In this document: piece after piece, positions 1 to 10,233 of the stretch
How the letters are laid out: every line of letters starts with the position of its first letter
Numbering within the stretch: position 1 is the stretch's first letter
DNA from: Sedimentisphaerales bacterium
Lineage (GTDB): Bacteria; Planctomycetota; Phycisphaerae; Sedimentisphaerales; SM23-30
Assembly: GCA_963666285.1 (NCBI GenBank)
Contig: OY762711.1
Reading direction: 5' to 3' (one strand)
DNA: 64,000 nucleotides
Notes under the pieces: generated by a model
The model's database searches: none
What the model was told of the DNA's origin: nothing
The model's input: the letters and a program-made list of their open reading frames with translations, nothing else
Position numbers and translations under genes: made by a program

Positions 1-145
1 AACATTTATCATAAACATATAAATGCAAAGCAGTTAAAAAGTAAGGCATCTTGTTCAATATTTGAATTACAGAGTGCCGGAAAAAGAAAATGCGTCCATT
101 GATTCCATTCCGCTCAAAATAATATAATTTTTTTACGAAAAATAT

Positions 146-174
146 TTGACAACAACCAAAATAGGAGACATAGT
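146..174 (+). promoter_or_regulatory. sigma70-type promoter
   Basis: TTGACA (146-151), 17 bp spacer, CATAGT (169-174); a structured segment begins at about 181. Confidence 0.6.
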
Positions 175-180
175 TTGATA

Positions 181-320
181 GTTGGTTAACAGATAACTGA
201 TGAATGTTGCAATTGCAAATGACCGAAAACCTCAGAGTATCTACAACGAGGTAGGTCGGTGCGGTGGTTGATCGATTGTAGGATCGTCACGCTAAACATT
301 TACCGCGTAATGCGGTTTTG
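181..320 (+). ncRNA. candidate structured sRNA / attenuator leader, family unknown
   Basis: 5' hairpin GTTGGTTA/TAACTGAT with G-U pairs; multibranch core closed by AATGTT(203-208)/AACATT(295-300); ends in ACCGC-GTAAT-GCGGT-TTT terminator-like hairpin; no ORF. Confidence 0.5.
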
Positions 321-410
321 TGTGTTGAGAGTTTTGAGTGTTTGAGTGTAAGTTACGTATTTCTTTACACTTACCTCCTCAACATCTCCCACACCAAACT
401 CCTGCGCGAA
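318..410. repeat. degenerate short tandem repeat / hairpin module
   Basis: TGTTGAG AGTTTTGAG TGTTTGAG repeats; GAGTGTAAG/TTTACACTT arms around ACGTATTTC, a motif that recurs near 60077 and 62255. Confidence 0.45.
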
Positions 411-509
411 TAGATGTTTATAAATAGATGATATAAGATACTGTATATCAAATATTTAGATGCTTTCCTGCACACCTGCAAACTACGATCTTGTGAGTAT
501 AATGACAGA

Positions 510-975
510 ATATGTACGCCTGTTAAGCCGGCTTCTGATGGCAAAGCTGTCGGTAAGTAAATCGCCTGACAATGGCAATTTACGCAGGATTGCATATTGA
601 GACGAAACCCGCCGTGAAAGAGACTCACCATCATGGCACGTGTCCCGGCAAAACACCAGGACATATATAACGGGGTTCGTAGGCTGCTGATTTTGTCGGC
701 AATCTTTGTAAAATGCTTCTTCAGGCCGGCATTATCGACCATATCCGGAGCTTTCCGGGCATGAGAAAGCAGCAAACGCGGCACAAGGAACGCAACGGAA
801 TAGGTTATTGTCATTATTCCGACTGCAAGAAATGCTTTGTACTGCCAAAATAGATTGAGGATTTGCCAGACGCAGTGTACTCTGCTTATGGCCGGTTGCC
901 CACGGTTATTACCGGGGAACCGCACCGTATATCTTATTTCTGGCATAACAAAGCCCAATGCCCGGAGAAGCTCAC
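510..975 (+). ncRNA. candidate large multi-helix ncRNA (~470 nt), family unknown
   Basis: TATAAT at 498-503; long-range helices 527-533/724-730, 584-593/699-709, 602-610/672-680, 748-762/958-973, 767-772/882-887 plus many local hairpins; G-U pairs favour the + strand. Confidence 0.6.
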
Positions 976-1231
976 GCTATTGCAGCATGATTCAGTTTTC
1001 TGAAACCAGCTAAAACTAAAAACTGAAAACAAAAACAAAACAAAGAAAGGAAACACTGCAAAACTCAGCTAAAAAATATTAAATACCATCTGACAAGATA
1101 ACAAACCGGTACTTTGCCACAATTTGGTAAAAATATATCGATTTAAACCGATTTAGCAGTATAATTATTAATGTATTCCATCATATGATGGTGTTTACAA
1201 TTAATTGTCTCTTTATGGAAGGAATAGGTAT

Positions 1232-2341
1232 ATGAAAGTACCGCTGCTTGATCTTAAACCTCAATATGAGCAAATTCGTGCCGAAGTCGAACCTGCTGTC
1301 CTGGAACTTATGGCCAACCAGACTTTTGTACTCGGCCCTACCGTCGAAAATTTCGAACGTAATATCGCCAAATATGGCCAGGTCGGTCATGCTGTTGGTA
1401 TGTCCAGCGGCACTGACGCTCTGCTATGTGCTCTTATGGCATACGATATCAAACCGGGCGATGAGGTCATCATACCAACCTTCACTTTCTTTGCTACCGC
1501 AGGTGTTGTATCCCGTACCGGTGCAACCCCGGTATTCGCAGATATCGATCCGGATACTTTCAATATCGATATCGATGCCATCGAAAAACTCATTTCCGAC
1601 AATACCAAAGCTATCATTCCCGTACACCTGTACGGCCAGATGGCTCCTATGGAAGAGCTGAAAGCTCTCGCTCAAAAATTCGAACTCAAAATCATCGAAG
1701 ATGCCTGCCAGAGTGTCGGTGCCAAACAGAACGGTCAATGCCCGGGTGAAATCGGTGACTGTGCCGCACTCAGCTTCTATCCCAGCAAAAACCTCGCCGG
1801 GTTCGGCGACGGTGGAATGCTGCTATGCCAGGACGACGAACTTGCCCAGAAGTTCAGGTACCTGAGAATGCACGGCGAAGACAAACGCTACTACCACAGC
1901 ATGGTAGGCGCAAACTTCAGACTTGACTCTCTACAGGCTCTTGTTCTCGATATCAAGCTCAAATACCTCGACCAATGGGCCCAAAAACGCCGCGATAATG
2001 CCGCGATATATAACGATCTAATGGCAGATATTTCAGAAATCAAACTGCCGGTTATCTTCGATGGCAACGAAAGCGTTTATAACCAGTATGTTATCCGTGC
2101 AGAAAAACGCGACCAACTCAAAGATTTCCTCACCCAAAAAGAGATCGGATCGAATATCTACTATCCGGTACCGCTGCACCTGCAGGAATGCTTCAAAGAC
2201 CTCGGCGGCAAAACCGGCGACTGCCCTGTCTCCGAACAGGCATGTAAGGAAGTGCTCGCCCTGCCGGTATTCCCGGAACTCACAGAAGAGCAGCTGAAAT
2301 TCGTAGCTGATACAATTAAGGAATTCTACGCTAAAAAATAA
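1232..2341 (+). CDS. DegT/DnrJ/EryC1/StrS family PLP-dependent aminotransferase
   Basis: SSGTDAL, IIPVHLYG, IEDACQ, SFYPSKNL motifs; ATG at 1232 after a purine-rich RBS. Confidence 0.93.
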   Translation: MKVPLLDLKPQYEQIRAEVEPAVLELMANQTFVLGPTVENFERNIAKYGQVGHAVGMSSGTDALLCALMAYDIKPGDEVIIPTFTFFATAGVVSRTGATPVFADIDPDTFNIDIDAIEKLISDNTKAIIPVHLYGQMAPMEELKALAQKFELKIIEDACQSVGAKQNGQCPGEIGDCAALSFYPSKNLAGFGDGGMLLCQDDELAQKFRYLRMHGEDKRYYHSMVGANFRLDSLQALVLDIKLKYLDQWAQKRRDNAAIYNDLMADISEIKLPVIFDGNESVYNQYVIRAEKRDQLKDFLTQKEIGSNIYYPVPLHLQECFKDLGGKTGDCPVSEQACKEVLALPVFPELTEEQLKFVADTIKEFYAKK

Positions 2342-2386
2342 GGTTGCGATATCAGCACCTTAACTTTGTATTTAGAACTGATTTTT

Positions 2387-3778
2387 ATGACTGATACTAG
2401 AATTGAAAAAGATGCGTTAGGCGAAGTTATCGTTCCCGCCGATAAATACTTCGGTGCCCAGACCCAGCGTGCCGTCGAAAACTTTAAGGTCGGCTGCGAA
2501 TTCTTCCCTACCGAATTTATACAGGCACACGCTCTCGTTAAAAAAGCCGCGGCTATTACCAACTGCAAACTCGGACTGCTCGATGCAAATCTTACCGATG
2601 CAATCGTTCAGGCAGCCGACGAAGTTATCTCAGGCAATCTAGACGATAACTTCCCGCTCGTTATCTGGCAGTCCGGCAGCGGTACCCAGTTCAATATGAA
2701 CGTCAACGAAGTTATCGCCAACCGTGCCAGCGTTATTCTCGGCGGCCAACCCGGCAAAAAGCACCCTGTCCACCCGAACGACCATGTCAACATGGCCCAG
2801 TCAACCAACGACACGATTCCAACCAGTATGCACGTTACCGCTGCAGTTCTTACCTGCAACAAACTACTGCCCGAACTGGAAAAAATGAGAACCACACTCG
2901 GCAACCTCAGCGAAAAATTCGAGAATATCATCAAAACCGGAAGAACTCACCTGCAGGATGCCACCCCGCTCACTCTCGGTCAGGAATTCTCTGGTTACGA
3001 AGCTCAAATTGCTGCCGCAATCGAAACTATCGAACAGGCCATGGACCATATCTACGAACTTGCTATCGGAGGCACTGCTGTAGGCACCGGCATCAACAGC
3101 CACCCGGACTACGCCGTTAATGTCGTTGAACAAATTTGCGAACTTACCGACCTGCCGTTCGTTCCCGCCCGAAATAAATTCGCTGCGCTCGCCGCACACG
3201 ATGCTATTGTCGAACTTTCCGGTGCTCTAAAAACCCTGGCTACTGCCATGATGAAAATTGCTAACGATATCCGATGGATGGGCAGCGGACCGCGTTGCGG
3301 CATCGGAGAACTGGTACTACCACCAAACGAACCGGGCAGCAGCATCATGCCCGGCAAGATCAATCCGACCCAATGTGAGATGATCACACAGGTTGTTTGC
3401 CAGATTTTTGGCAATGATACTGCCATAACTATCGCAAACTCGCAGGGAAACTTCGAATTAAACGTATTTAAACCCATTTTAGCTTACAATATCATCCAAT
3501 CGATCAACATTTTGGCCGATTCTATCGCTTCTTTTAATATCAATTGCCTCGACGGAATCGATGCCGACCAGAATAAAATTTCCGAACATTTAAATAATTC
3601 TCTCATGCTCGTCACCGCACTAAATAAAAAAATTGGCTATGATAAAGCTGCAGAAATTGCACTCAAAGCCTGGCGTGAAGGAAAAACGCTTAAGCAGACC
3701 GCTATCGAACTTGAATATCTAACCGAACAGCAATATGATGAATGGGTCAAACCGGAAGATATGATTGGCCCCAAATAA
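2387..3778 (+). CDS. fumC: class II fumarate hydratase
   Basis: GAQTQRA, QSGSGTQFNMN, GRTHLQDATP, GSSIMPGKINP signature. Confidence 0.97.
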   Translation: MTDTRIEKDALGEVIVPADKYFGAQTQRAVENFKVGCEFFPTEFIQAHALVKKAAAITNCKLGLLDANLTDAIVQAADEVISGNLDDNFPLVIWQSGSGTQFNMNVNEVIANRASVILGGQPGKKHPVHPNDHVNMAQSTNDTIPTSMHVTAAVLTCNKLLPELEKMRTTLGNLSEKFENIIKTGRTHLQDATPLTLGQEFSGYEAQIAAAIETIEQAMDHIYELAIGGTAVGTGINSHPDYAVNVVEQICELTDLPFVPARNKFAALAAHDAIVELSGALKTLATAMMKIANDIRWMGSGPRCGIGELVLPPNEPGSSIMPGKINPTQCEMITQVVCQIFGNDTAITIANSQGNFELNVFKPILAYNIIQSINILADSIASFNINCLDGIDADQNKISEHLNNSLMLVTALNKKIGYDKAAEIALKAWREGKTLKQTAIELEYLTEQQYDEWVKPEDMIGPK

Positions 3779-3859
3779 AGGCAATCTCTAAAAAATCAAA
3801 TTTACCCTTGTTTTCACTATACAAAACAAGGTTTATTGGTTTTAGATACCTAAATTATT

Positions 3860-4612
3860 ATGATCGAAATACAAAATATCAGTAAGACATTCTATCACGC
3901 GAACGGTCGTGAGGTTCATGCCGTCCGTGATGTCAGCTTTAATGCCGGACCAAATGAAATTTTTGGTCTGCTCGGACCAAATGGTGCCGGTAAAACAACC
4001 CTGCTGCGTATGCTCGCCGCTATTATCAAACCAGATACCGGCATATGCAAAATCGCCGGGCTTGACAGTCAGAAACACCCGGAAGAAATCCGCTCTAAAA
4101 TTGGCTTTCTCTCAGGCAATACCAAGTTGTACAAGCGTATGACAGCTCGTGAAGTCCTGAAATATTTTGGCAAACTCAACAGCATGGCTGACAATGATAT
4201 CGACCAACGTATCGAAGAGGTAGTTGATATCCTCGATATGAGCGAATTCATAAACCGACGCTGCGAAACTTTTAGTACAGGTCAGATGCAGCGTACTTCC
4301 ATTGCCAGAGTTATCATCCATGACCCGGAAGTTCTTATCCTGGACGAACCGACACTCGGCCTGGATATTATGAGCAGCCAGGCGATTATCAACTTTATTC
4401 GTAACGCTCGCCAACAAGGACGTACGGTTATTTTCTCAACACATTATATGACCGAGGCCGAAGCGCTTTGCGATCGTATCGGACTAATTCACAGCGGGGA
4501 AATTATGACCATCGGCAGCCGCCAGGAATTATACACGCAAACCGGAACAGACAACCTGCAGGATGCTTTCCTGTCAATTGTAAACAGCCCCCAGACAAAT
4601 ACTATAGCATGA
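3860..4612 (+). CDS. ABC transporter ATP-binding protein (NatA-like)
   Basis: Walker A GPNGAGKTT, signature FSTGQ, Walker B LILDEPT, H-loop STH. Confidence 0.9.
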   Translation: MIEIQNISKTFYHANGREVHAVRDVSFNAGPNEIFGLLGPNGAGKTTLLRMLAAIIKPDTGICKIAGLDSQKHPEEIRSKIGFLSGNTKLYKRMTAREVLKYFGKLNSMADNDIDQRIEEVVDILDMSEFINRRCETFSTGQMQRTSIARVIIHDPEVLILDEPTLGLDIMSSQAIINFIRNARQQGRTVIFSTHYMTEAEALCDRIGLIHSGEIMTIGSRQELYTQTGTDNLQDAFLSIVNSPQTNTIA

Positions 4613-5292
4613 AAAAAATCATTTACATATTACCCGGATTGATATTTGCTTCAAATCTTTACGCCCAGACTGCTTCACCCAGCAGCAACCTGGATAAATT
4701 CTTCTTTGCCGGCGGATGGCTGGCTTGGGTCCTGCTCGGCATGAGCATAATAACTATCCACCTAATAGTTCAATATGTCTTTGCAATCCTGAAAAAAAGA
4801 TTCTACACTCAGACCCTAATTAATGAAGTCAAAGAACATCTAAAACATAAAAATCATAAAAACTGCCTCGATTTCCTGGCTGGCAACAATACTATCCTTG
4901 CCCGTGTTCTACACGCCGGCCTGAGCGAGAAAAAACTAGGCCATGAAGCAATGGAAAATGCCATGGTTGAGATAATCGAAGATGAGCGAGGCGAGTTCTT
5001 CCGCAAACTCGAATGGCTTAATATTATTGGTAATATCTCACCTATGATCGGGCTTTTCGGCACAGTTTGGGGGATGATCGAAGCCTTTAGCGCCATCGTA
5101 GACACCGGCGGCAGACCACAGCCGCCAGATCTCGCAGGCGGCATATCCAGCGCCCTGGTAACAACCCTATGGGGCCTTGCCGTAGCTATTCCTGCACTAG
5201 CAGCATCAGGCTATTTCGGTAACAGATTTGATGCAATGACCGCTAAAATAGCCGTTATTGCCGAAGAACTTCTGTTGGACTCATCTGAATGA
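4609..5292 (+). CDS. MotA/TolQ/ExbB proton channel family protein
   Basis: SPMIGLFGTVWGMI and LAGGISSALVTTLWGLAVAIPA helices; ATGA overlap with the upstream stop. Confidence 0.9.
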   Translation: MKKIIYILPGLIFASNLYAQTASPSSNLDKFFFAGGWLAWVLLGMSIITIHLIVQYVFAILKKRFYTQTLINEVKEHLKHKNHKNCLDFLAGNNTILARVLHAGLSEKKLGHEAMENAMVEIIEDERGEFFRKLEWLNIIGNISPMIGLFGTVWGMIEAFSAIVDTGGRPQPPDLAGGISSALVTTLWGLAVAIPALAASGYFGNRFDAMTAKIAVIAEELLLDSSE

Positions 5293-5325
5293 TCCCCAAA
5301 AGCTGTTCTTATAGCATCCAAATAA

Positions 5326-5358
5326 AAAGCTCCGTGAATTTCTAATCCACGGAGCTTT
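5326..5358. terminator. bidirectional intrinsic terminator
   Basis: AAAGCTCCGTG / CACGGAGCTTT inverted repeat between convergent genes. Confidence 0.75.
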
Positions 5359-5369
5359 GAAAATCAGTA

Positions 5370-6698
5370 TTAGAAATTTTTATTATACTTTTCTCGATAT
5401 GTTCGTCCCAGCCATTCCGACTTGGCGTTACCACCTGTAAGTTTACAGTTAATCGGATCCCAGTTAATCACTTCGCCGTAACGATACGCTATATTAACCA
5501 AATGACAGCAAATAGCTGAACGAGAACCAACAATCTCATTTGTAATAGGTTTGGTACGAGATTTGATACACCTTAGAAAATCATCTATATGACTATCTGT
5601 AACTTTATACAGCTTCACCTTGGCATCTTTAAGATATCCAGTCTCAGCTTTTTTGAGTTCACGCCCAAGTGAACCATCCTCACGGTCAAAATACTTCGCT
5701 ATTACCTTATCACCCAATTGCAGCATAAACCTGCCGCGGTTGACCAGAATCTTTCCTTCACTTCCAAAAATTTCAACATTATTACCTGGTTTATGAATAA
5801 CTTTTACACCATTGGCATATTCCATAACTGCACCACTCTGTGCTTTTCTATCTTCAGGTGGTGTCACCTTAACCGGACCGCTATCATCCATCCCCAAAGC
5901 CCATTGAGCTATATCAAGATGGTGTGCTCCCCAGTCTGTAACCATTCCACCGCCATATTCCCAGTATTTACGCCAATCCGGATAGTGATTATGCACTCCG
6001 CGAGGACTCAAAACAGAACTGTATGCACGTTCTGGTGCCGGACCTAACCAACGGTCCCAGTCCAACCCTGGTTCCATATCTTCTTTGGGCAAATCACACG
6101 GCATGCCGGGTTCACCGAAACTGCACTCAATCCTGTCAATTTCACCAACAACACCGTTGCGTGCCAGTTCACAAGCTACTCTAAACTCTGACATTGATCG
6201 TTGCATTGAACCAGTCTGCAAAACTCTTCCCTGCTTATCAACTTCTTTCATAATCGCCAGCGATTCATTAACATTATGTGTCAATGGTTTCTCACAATAT
6301 ACATCCTTGCCGCTGCGAAGAGCTTCAATAGTGATAATAGTATGCCAATGGTCAGGAGTTGCAATACAAACAGCATCAATATCCTTACGCGCCAAAAGCT
6401 CTTTATAATCAACATAAGTTTTACAACCGGCTGAACCTTTATCCGGATAGCGGGTATAAAAATCATCTACTGTCTTACGAGCGTGTTCTCTGCGTGTAGT
6501 ATCAACATCACAAACAGCAACAACATTTGCCCGGTATAGAAAACTATTCATCAGTCCTCTGTTCTGTATACCCATACCAATCATTCCCACATTAAGACGC
6601 TCACTTGGTTTTGCATCAGCAGCCCAGACAGCAGAAGGAAGAATAGTTGGAGCAACAATACCGGCTTTAATAAAAGACCTACGTGTAATTTTCATCAT
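5370..6698 (-). CDS. Gfo/Idh/MocA oxidoreductase with Tat signal
   Basis: TRRSFIK twin-Arg motif, IGMG, IATPDHWH, YCEKPL, DWGAHHLD. Confidence 0.92.
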   Translation of the reverse strand: MMKITRRSFIKAGIVAPTILPSAVWAADAKPSERLNVGMIGMGIQNRGLMNSFLYRANVVAVCDVDTTRREHARKTVDDFYTRYPDKGSAGCKTYVDYKELLARKDIDAVCIATPDHWHTIITIEALRSGKDVYCEKPLTHNVNESLAIMKEVDKQGRVLQTGSMQRSMSEFRVACELARNGVVGEIDRIECSFGEPGMPCDLPKEDMEPGLDWDRWLGPAPERAYSSVLSPRGVHNHYPDWRKYWEYGGGMVTDWGAHHLDIAQWALGMDDSGPVKVTPPEDRKAQSGAVMEYANGVKVIHKPGNNVEIFGSEGKILVNRGRFMLQLGDKVIAKYFDREDGSLGRELKKAETGYLKDAKVKLYKVTDSHIDDFLRCIKSRTKPITNEIVGSRSAICCHLVNIAYRYGEVINWDPINCKLTGGNAKSEWLGRTYREKYNKNF

Positions 6699-6752
6699 CA
6701 ATCCTCTCAACAAACAATACCAATATAAAGAAACACAAATAACAAAAAATAA

Positions 6753-6797
6753 AATGGTTCTCCTTTTATACCTGTTCAGGATATCCGGAGAACCATT
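6753..6797 (-). terminator. probable terminator hairpin after the PFK gene
   Basis: AATGGTTCTCC / GGAGAACCATT arms followed by a T-run on the minus strand. Confidence 0.45.
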
Positions 6798-6842
6798 AAA
6801 TTGACTATATACCTAATACTTCAAAACTATCCCAAGATAAAA

Positions 6843-8069
6843 TTAGAACAGGAAGCCCATCTGAGGCAGTTCACCAACCAATGGTTTAAGATATTCAATG
6901 TATGCGTCAGTAATATTGTTACCTTCAGCATTAATAAACTTATCTTCCAGGTGACGAGTCTTAGCTGCAACATTTTCCAGCTCATTACGATAATATTCCA
7001 GTTTATAAGGATTATCGCTAACACGCTTAAAGCTTACTGAACCACTCATATCATCTGTCGTACATGCATAACGAACAGCCAAACGACCGGCTTCGCGGGC
7101 TTCTGTAGCATCAGTTTCGGATACCATTCCTGCAAAACTACGCTGCAGGTAGCCAAACGTATCTGCTCTCAGACGTTCACCAGGCATAGCTTCTTTCAGC
7201 TTAGACACCAGGAAATCACCCAGAGCACCGGTACCGGAAAGCTGGATATTGCCATGAGCATCCTTTTCAACATCTTTAGCCATTACCTGCGCCCAAGGCA
7301 CACCGTTTTCATCATTGATACCTTCAGATACAGCAACCAGACAACGACCATATTTAGCCTTGGCAGCTTTGACATCATTGATAAACTGTTCCATGGAAAC
7401 ATTACGCTCAGGAACATATACCAGATGAGGTCCATCTGTTTCGTTCTGACGTGCCAGGGCTGATGCAGCAGTCAAAAAGCCGGCATGACGCCCCATTATA
7501 ACGTCTATCTTAATACCAGGCAGAGAACGGTTATCCTGGTTATCACCCATAAATGCCTGGGCTACAAACTTAGCAGCCGAACCAAAACCTGGACAATGAT
7601 CAATACCCTGCAGGTCATTATCAACTGTCTTAGGAATATGGAAAGTCTTTAGTTCATAACCACTCTTTACTCCCATATCACGAATGATACGAGCGGTATC
7701 TGAAGAGTCGTTGCCACCAGCATAGAAGAAGTAGCGAATATTGTGTTTCTGGAACACATCAAACACTTTTTTACAATATTCTTCATCCGGTTTATCACGA
7801 GTTGAACCTAACGCCGCAGATGGAGTATAAGCAACACGATTCAAAAACTCAGCATTGTACTTGCCGCCATTTGCACCTTCAGCAGCTTTTGCCTTCAGGT
7901 CGATAAAATCTTCATTCAGGATACCACGACTGCCATGACGCATACCATAAAGAGTTTCGATACAATCGTGTTCAAAAGCTTCTTCAATTACACCTACCAG
8001 CGACTGGTTAATAACCGCTGTCGGGCCGCCTGATTGACCTACAATAGCATTACCTTTTAGTTGAGCCAT
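6843..8069 (-). CDS. pfp: 6-phosphofructokinase, probably PPi-dependent
   Basis: QSGGPTAVIN, GGNDS (Asp) and PKTVDND (Lys) typical of PPi-PFK, MGRHAG. Confidence 0.85.
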   Translation of the reverse strand: MAQLKGNAIVGQSGGPTAVINQSLVGVIEEAFEHDCIETLYGMRHGSRGILNEDFIDLKAKAAEGANGGKYNAEFLNRVAYTPSAALGSTRDKPDEEYCKKVFDVFQKHNIRYFFYAGGNDSSDTARIIRDMGVKSGYELKTFHIPKTVDNDLQGIDHCPGFGSAAKFVAQAFMGDNQDNRSLPGIKIDVIMGRHAGFLTAASALARQNETDGPHLVYVPERNVSMEQFINDVKAAKAKYGRCLVAVSEGINDENGVPWAQVMAKDVEKDAHGNIQLSGTGALGDFLVSKLKEAMPGERLRADTFGYLQRSFAGMVSETDATEAREAGRLAVRYACTTDDMSGSVSFKRVSDNPYKLEYYRNELENVAAKTRHLEDKFINAEGNNITDAYIEYLKPLVGELPQMGFLF

Positions 8070-8216
8070 TTCTAAATCTCTCCGTTAAATTTAGTAGTTC
8101 AAATTATTATATGTTAACCCGCAGAATAACAGCACCTATGCTCAGCCGCAGGAATTATACACTTTTACAACCGATCAAAGTACCATGATCGTAAAAATTA
8201 TATTACTATATGTTGT

Positions 8217-9563
8217 TTATTTTTTACCCCAGGTTCTTTCAATAAAACCTGTATCACACTTGCCGTCAGCAAAATCTGAATGAGATAAAATTTCATGACA
8301 GATATCAACAGTACTCTTGATAGGACCAATCTTATATTCTTCAAGGGCCCTTCTTGTACGTGCGATTGCATCGCTTCGATCATGACCCTTAACTATCAAT
8401 TTGGCAATCATTGAATCATAATACGGCGATATCTTATACCCGGCAAAACAATGAGAATCCACCCTGACACCAAAACCACCAGGAACAACATACTCGTTAA
8501 TCGGGCCGGGACTAGGTGTAAAGTTCTTGTATGCATCTTCTGCATTAATTCTGCACTCTATCGCATGGCCGGTCTGCTTGATATCTTTCTGTTTCAGGTC
8601 AAGTACCTCACCTGCAGCAATTCTCAACTGCCAGCGTACGAGGTCTATACCGGTCACCAATTCAGTTACCGGGTGTTCCACCTGGATACGGGTATTTACT
8701 TCACCAAAATAGAAGTGCCCTTTCTTATCCATCAGGAACTCAACTGTCCCGGCATTACAATATTTTGCAGCTTTTACCACTCGCAATGCAGCCTTGCACA
8801 GATCTTCCCGCTGCTGTTTATCGAGTGACGGACTAGGTGATTCTTCCAGCAGCTTCTGATGGCGTCGCTGCAGTGAACAGTCACGCTCCCAGAGATGAAC
8901 ATAATTACCATGCTCATCAGCAAGAACCTGAACCTCAACATGTCGTGGGTTCTCTATGAATTTTTCGATAAAGACTTCCGGATTATTAAAAGCCCCCTGC
9001 GCTTCGGTCCGGGCAGCATGAAAAGCTGTTCGCAGGTTAACTTCGTTATGACAAACTCTCATTCCGCGACCACCGCCGCCTGCTGAAGCTTTGATCATTA
9101 CCGGATAACCTATTTTATTACAAAGCTTGACCGCTTCTTCTTCGTTTTCTATCGCTCCTTCAGAACCAGGGACGACAGGAACCTTGGCACTCATTGCAAG
9201 CTGACGAGCTTCGACCTTATCACCCAGAAGCTTCATTGATTCCGGAGAAGGACCAATAAATTTAATTTTGCAATCCCTGCAGACCTCTGCAAAATGAGAA
9301 TTTTCTGCAAGAAAACCGTAACCTGGGTGAATCGCCTCAACATTAGCGACCTCTGCCGCAGAGATTATACTGGGAATATTGAGATAACTCTCACTTGGAG
9401 ATGCCCCGCCAATGCATATTGCCCTGTCTGCAAGTTTGAGATACCCGGCATCCTTATCAGCCTGAGAATATACCACTACAGACTCAATACCAAGCTCTTT
9501 ACATGCCCGTATTATCCTGAGAGCAATTTCACCTCTATTAGCAATTAATATTCTTGTAAACAT
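8217..9563 (-). CDS. accC: acetyl-CoA carboxylase biotin carboxylase subunit
   Basis: [46 protein letters not shown]. Confidence 0.97.
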   Translation of the reverse strand: MFTRILIANRGEIALRIIRACKELGIESVVVYSQADKDAGYLKLADRAICIGGASPSESYLNIPSIISAAEVANVEAIHPGYGFLAENSHFAEVCRDCKIKFIGPSPESMKLLGDKVEARQLAMSAKVPVVPGSEGAIENEEEAVKLCNKIGYPVMIKASAGGGGRGMRVCHNEVNLRTAFHAARTEAQGAFNNPEVFIEKFIENPRHVEVQVLADEHGNYVHLWERDCSLQRRHQKLLEESPSPSLDKQQREDLCKAALRVVKAAKYCNAGTVEFLMDKKGHFYFGEVNTRIQVEHPVTELVTGIDLVRWQLRIAAGEVLDLKQKDIKQTGHAIECRINAEDAYKNFTPSPGPINEYVVPGGFGVRVDSHCFAGYKISPYYDSMIAKLIVKGHDRSDAIARTRRALEEYKIGPIKSTVDICHEILSHSDFADGKCDTGFIERTWGKK

Positions 9564-9699
9564 ATTTACCTTTTTATTAATAGTGGCCAGGCATTGAAAA
9601 TAGCATAACTGTTAATTTACATTTTGTTTGCCAAGAAGCTAAACTTAATGCAATTAACATTTTCCAGCCTGCTGCCATTGGAATATAATATCTCTATAT

Positions 9700-10155
9700 T
9701 TATTCAACCAGAAACATTGGCTGGCCAAATTCAACAGCCTGGGCATTTTCAACCAGGATCTTCTTGATTGTACCACTTACTTCAGCTTTAACTTCGTTCA
9801 TAACCTTCATTGCTTCTACAATACAGACAACTGTATCCGCAGTCACCTGGTCACCAATTTTGACAAATGGAGCTGCGTCAGGTGCCGGTGCGGCATAGAA
9901 TGTTCCAACGATAGGTGAAGTAATTTCCTGCAGACTTTCGTCAACTGTCTCTGTTGCCGGAGCAGACACACTTGCTGCCGGAGCAGGCGCAGCTGAAGCA
10001 ACGGGGGCAGGAGCAGTCATAACAGGTGCAACGGTAGACATAATAGTGCTGCCCCGTTTAAGTTCTATTTTTGTATCTCCATCAACAATCTTCATTTCTG
10101 TAAGATCATTGACTTCCATCATTTCAACCAGTTCTCTGATTTTTTCTATATCCAT
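9700..10155 (-). CDS. accB: biotin carboxyl carrier protein
   Basis: EAMKVMN biotinylation site, Ala/Pro linker, adjacent to accC. Confidence 0.96.
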   Translation of the reverse strand: MDIEKIRELVEMMEVNDLTEMKIVDGDTKIELKRGSTIMSTVAPVMTAPAPVASAAPAPAASVSAPATETVDESLQEITSPIVGTFYAAPAPDAAPFVKIGDQVTADTVVCIVEAMKVMNEVKAEVSGTIKKILVENAQAVEFGQPMFLVE

Positions 10156-10233
10156 AGATAAACAATCCTTTGTCATACACATAGTGCAAGGTTACCTGGT
10201 ATGAACCTAAAAGTACCAGGAATATTATTCTAA

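Noticed and set aside
228..250. purine riboswitch (GAGTATCTAC resembles the J2/3 segment)
   Set aside because: Flanking P2/P3 loops and the discriminator region are missing
371..958. 195-aa minus-strand ORF
   Set aside because: No recognisable motifs or RBS; overlaps the structured RNA candidate; likely a shadow ORF
520..975. RNase P RNA on the minus strand (CAGAAGCCGGCTTA resembles its 3' end)
   Set aside because: No GAGGAAAGTCC partner for P4 and no other conserved regions; G-U pairs favour the + strand
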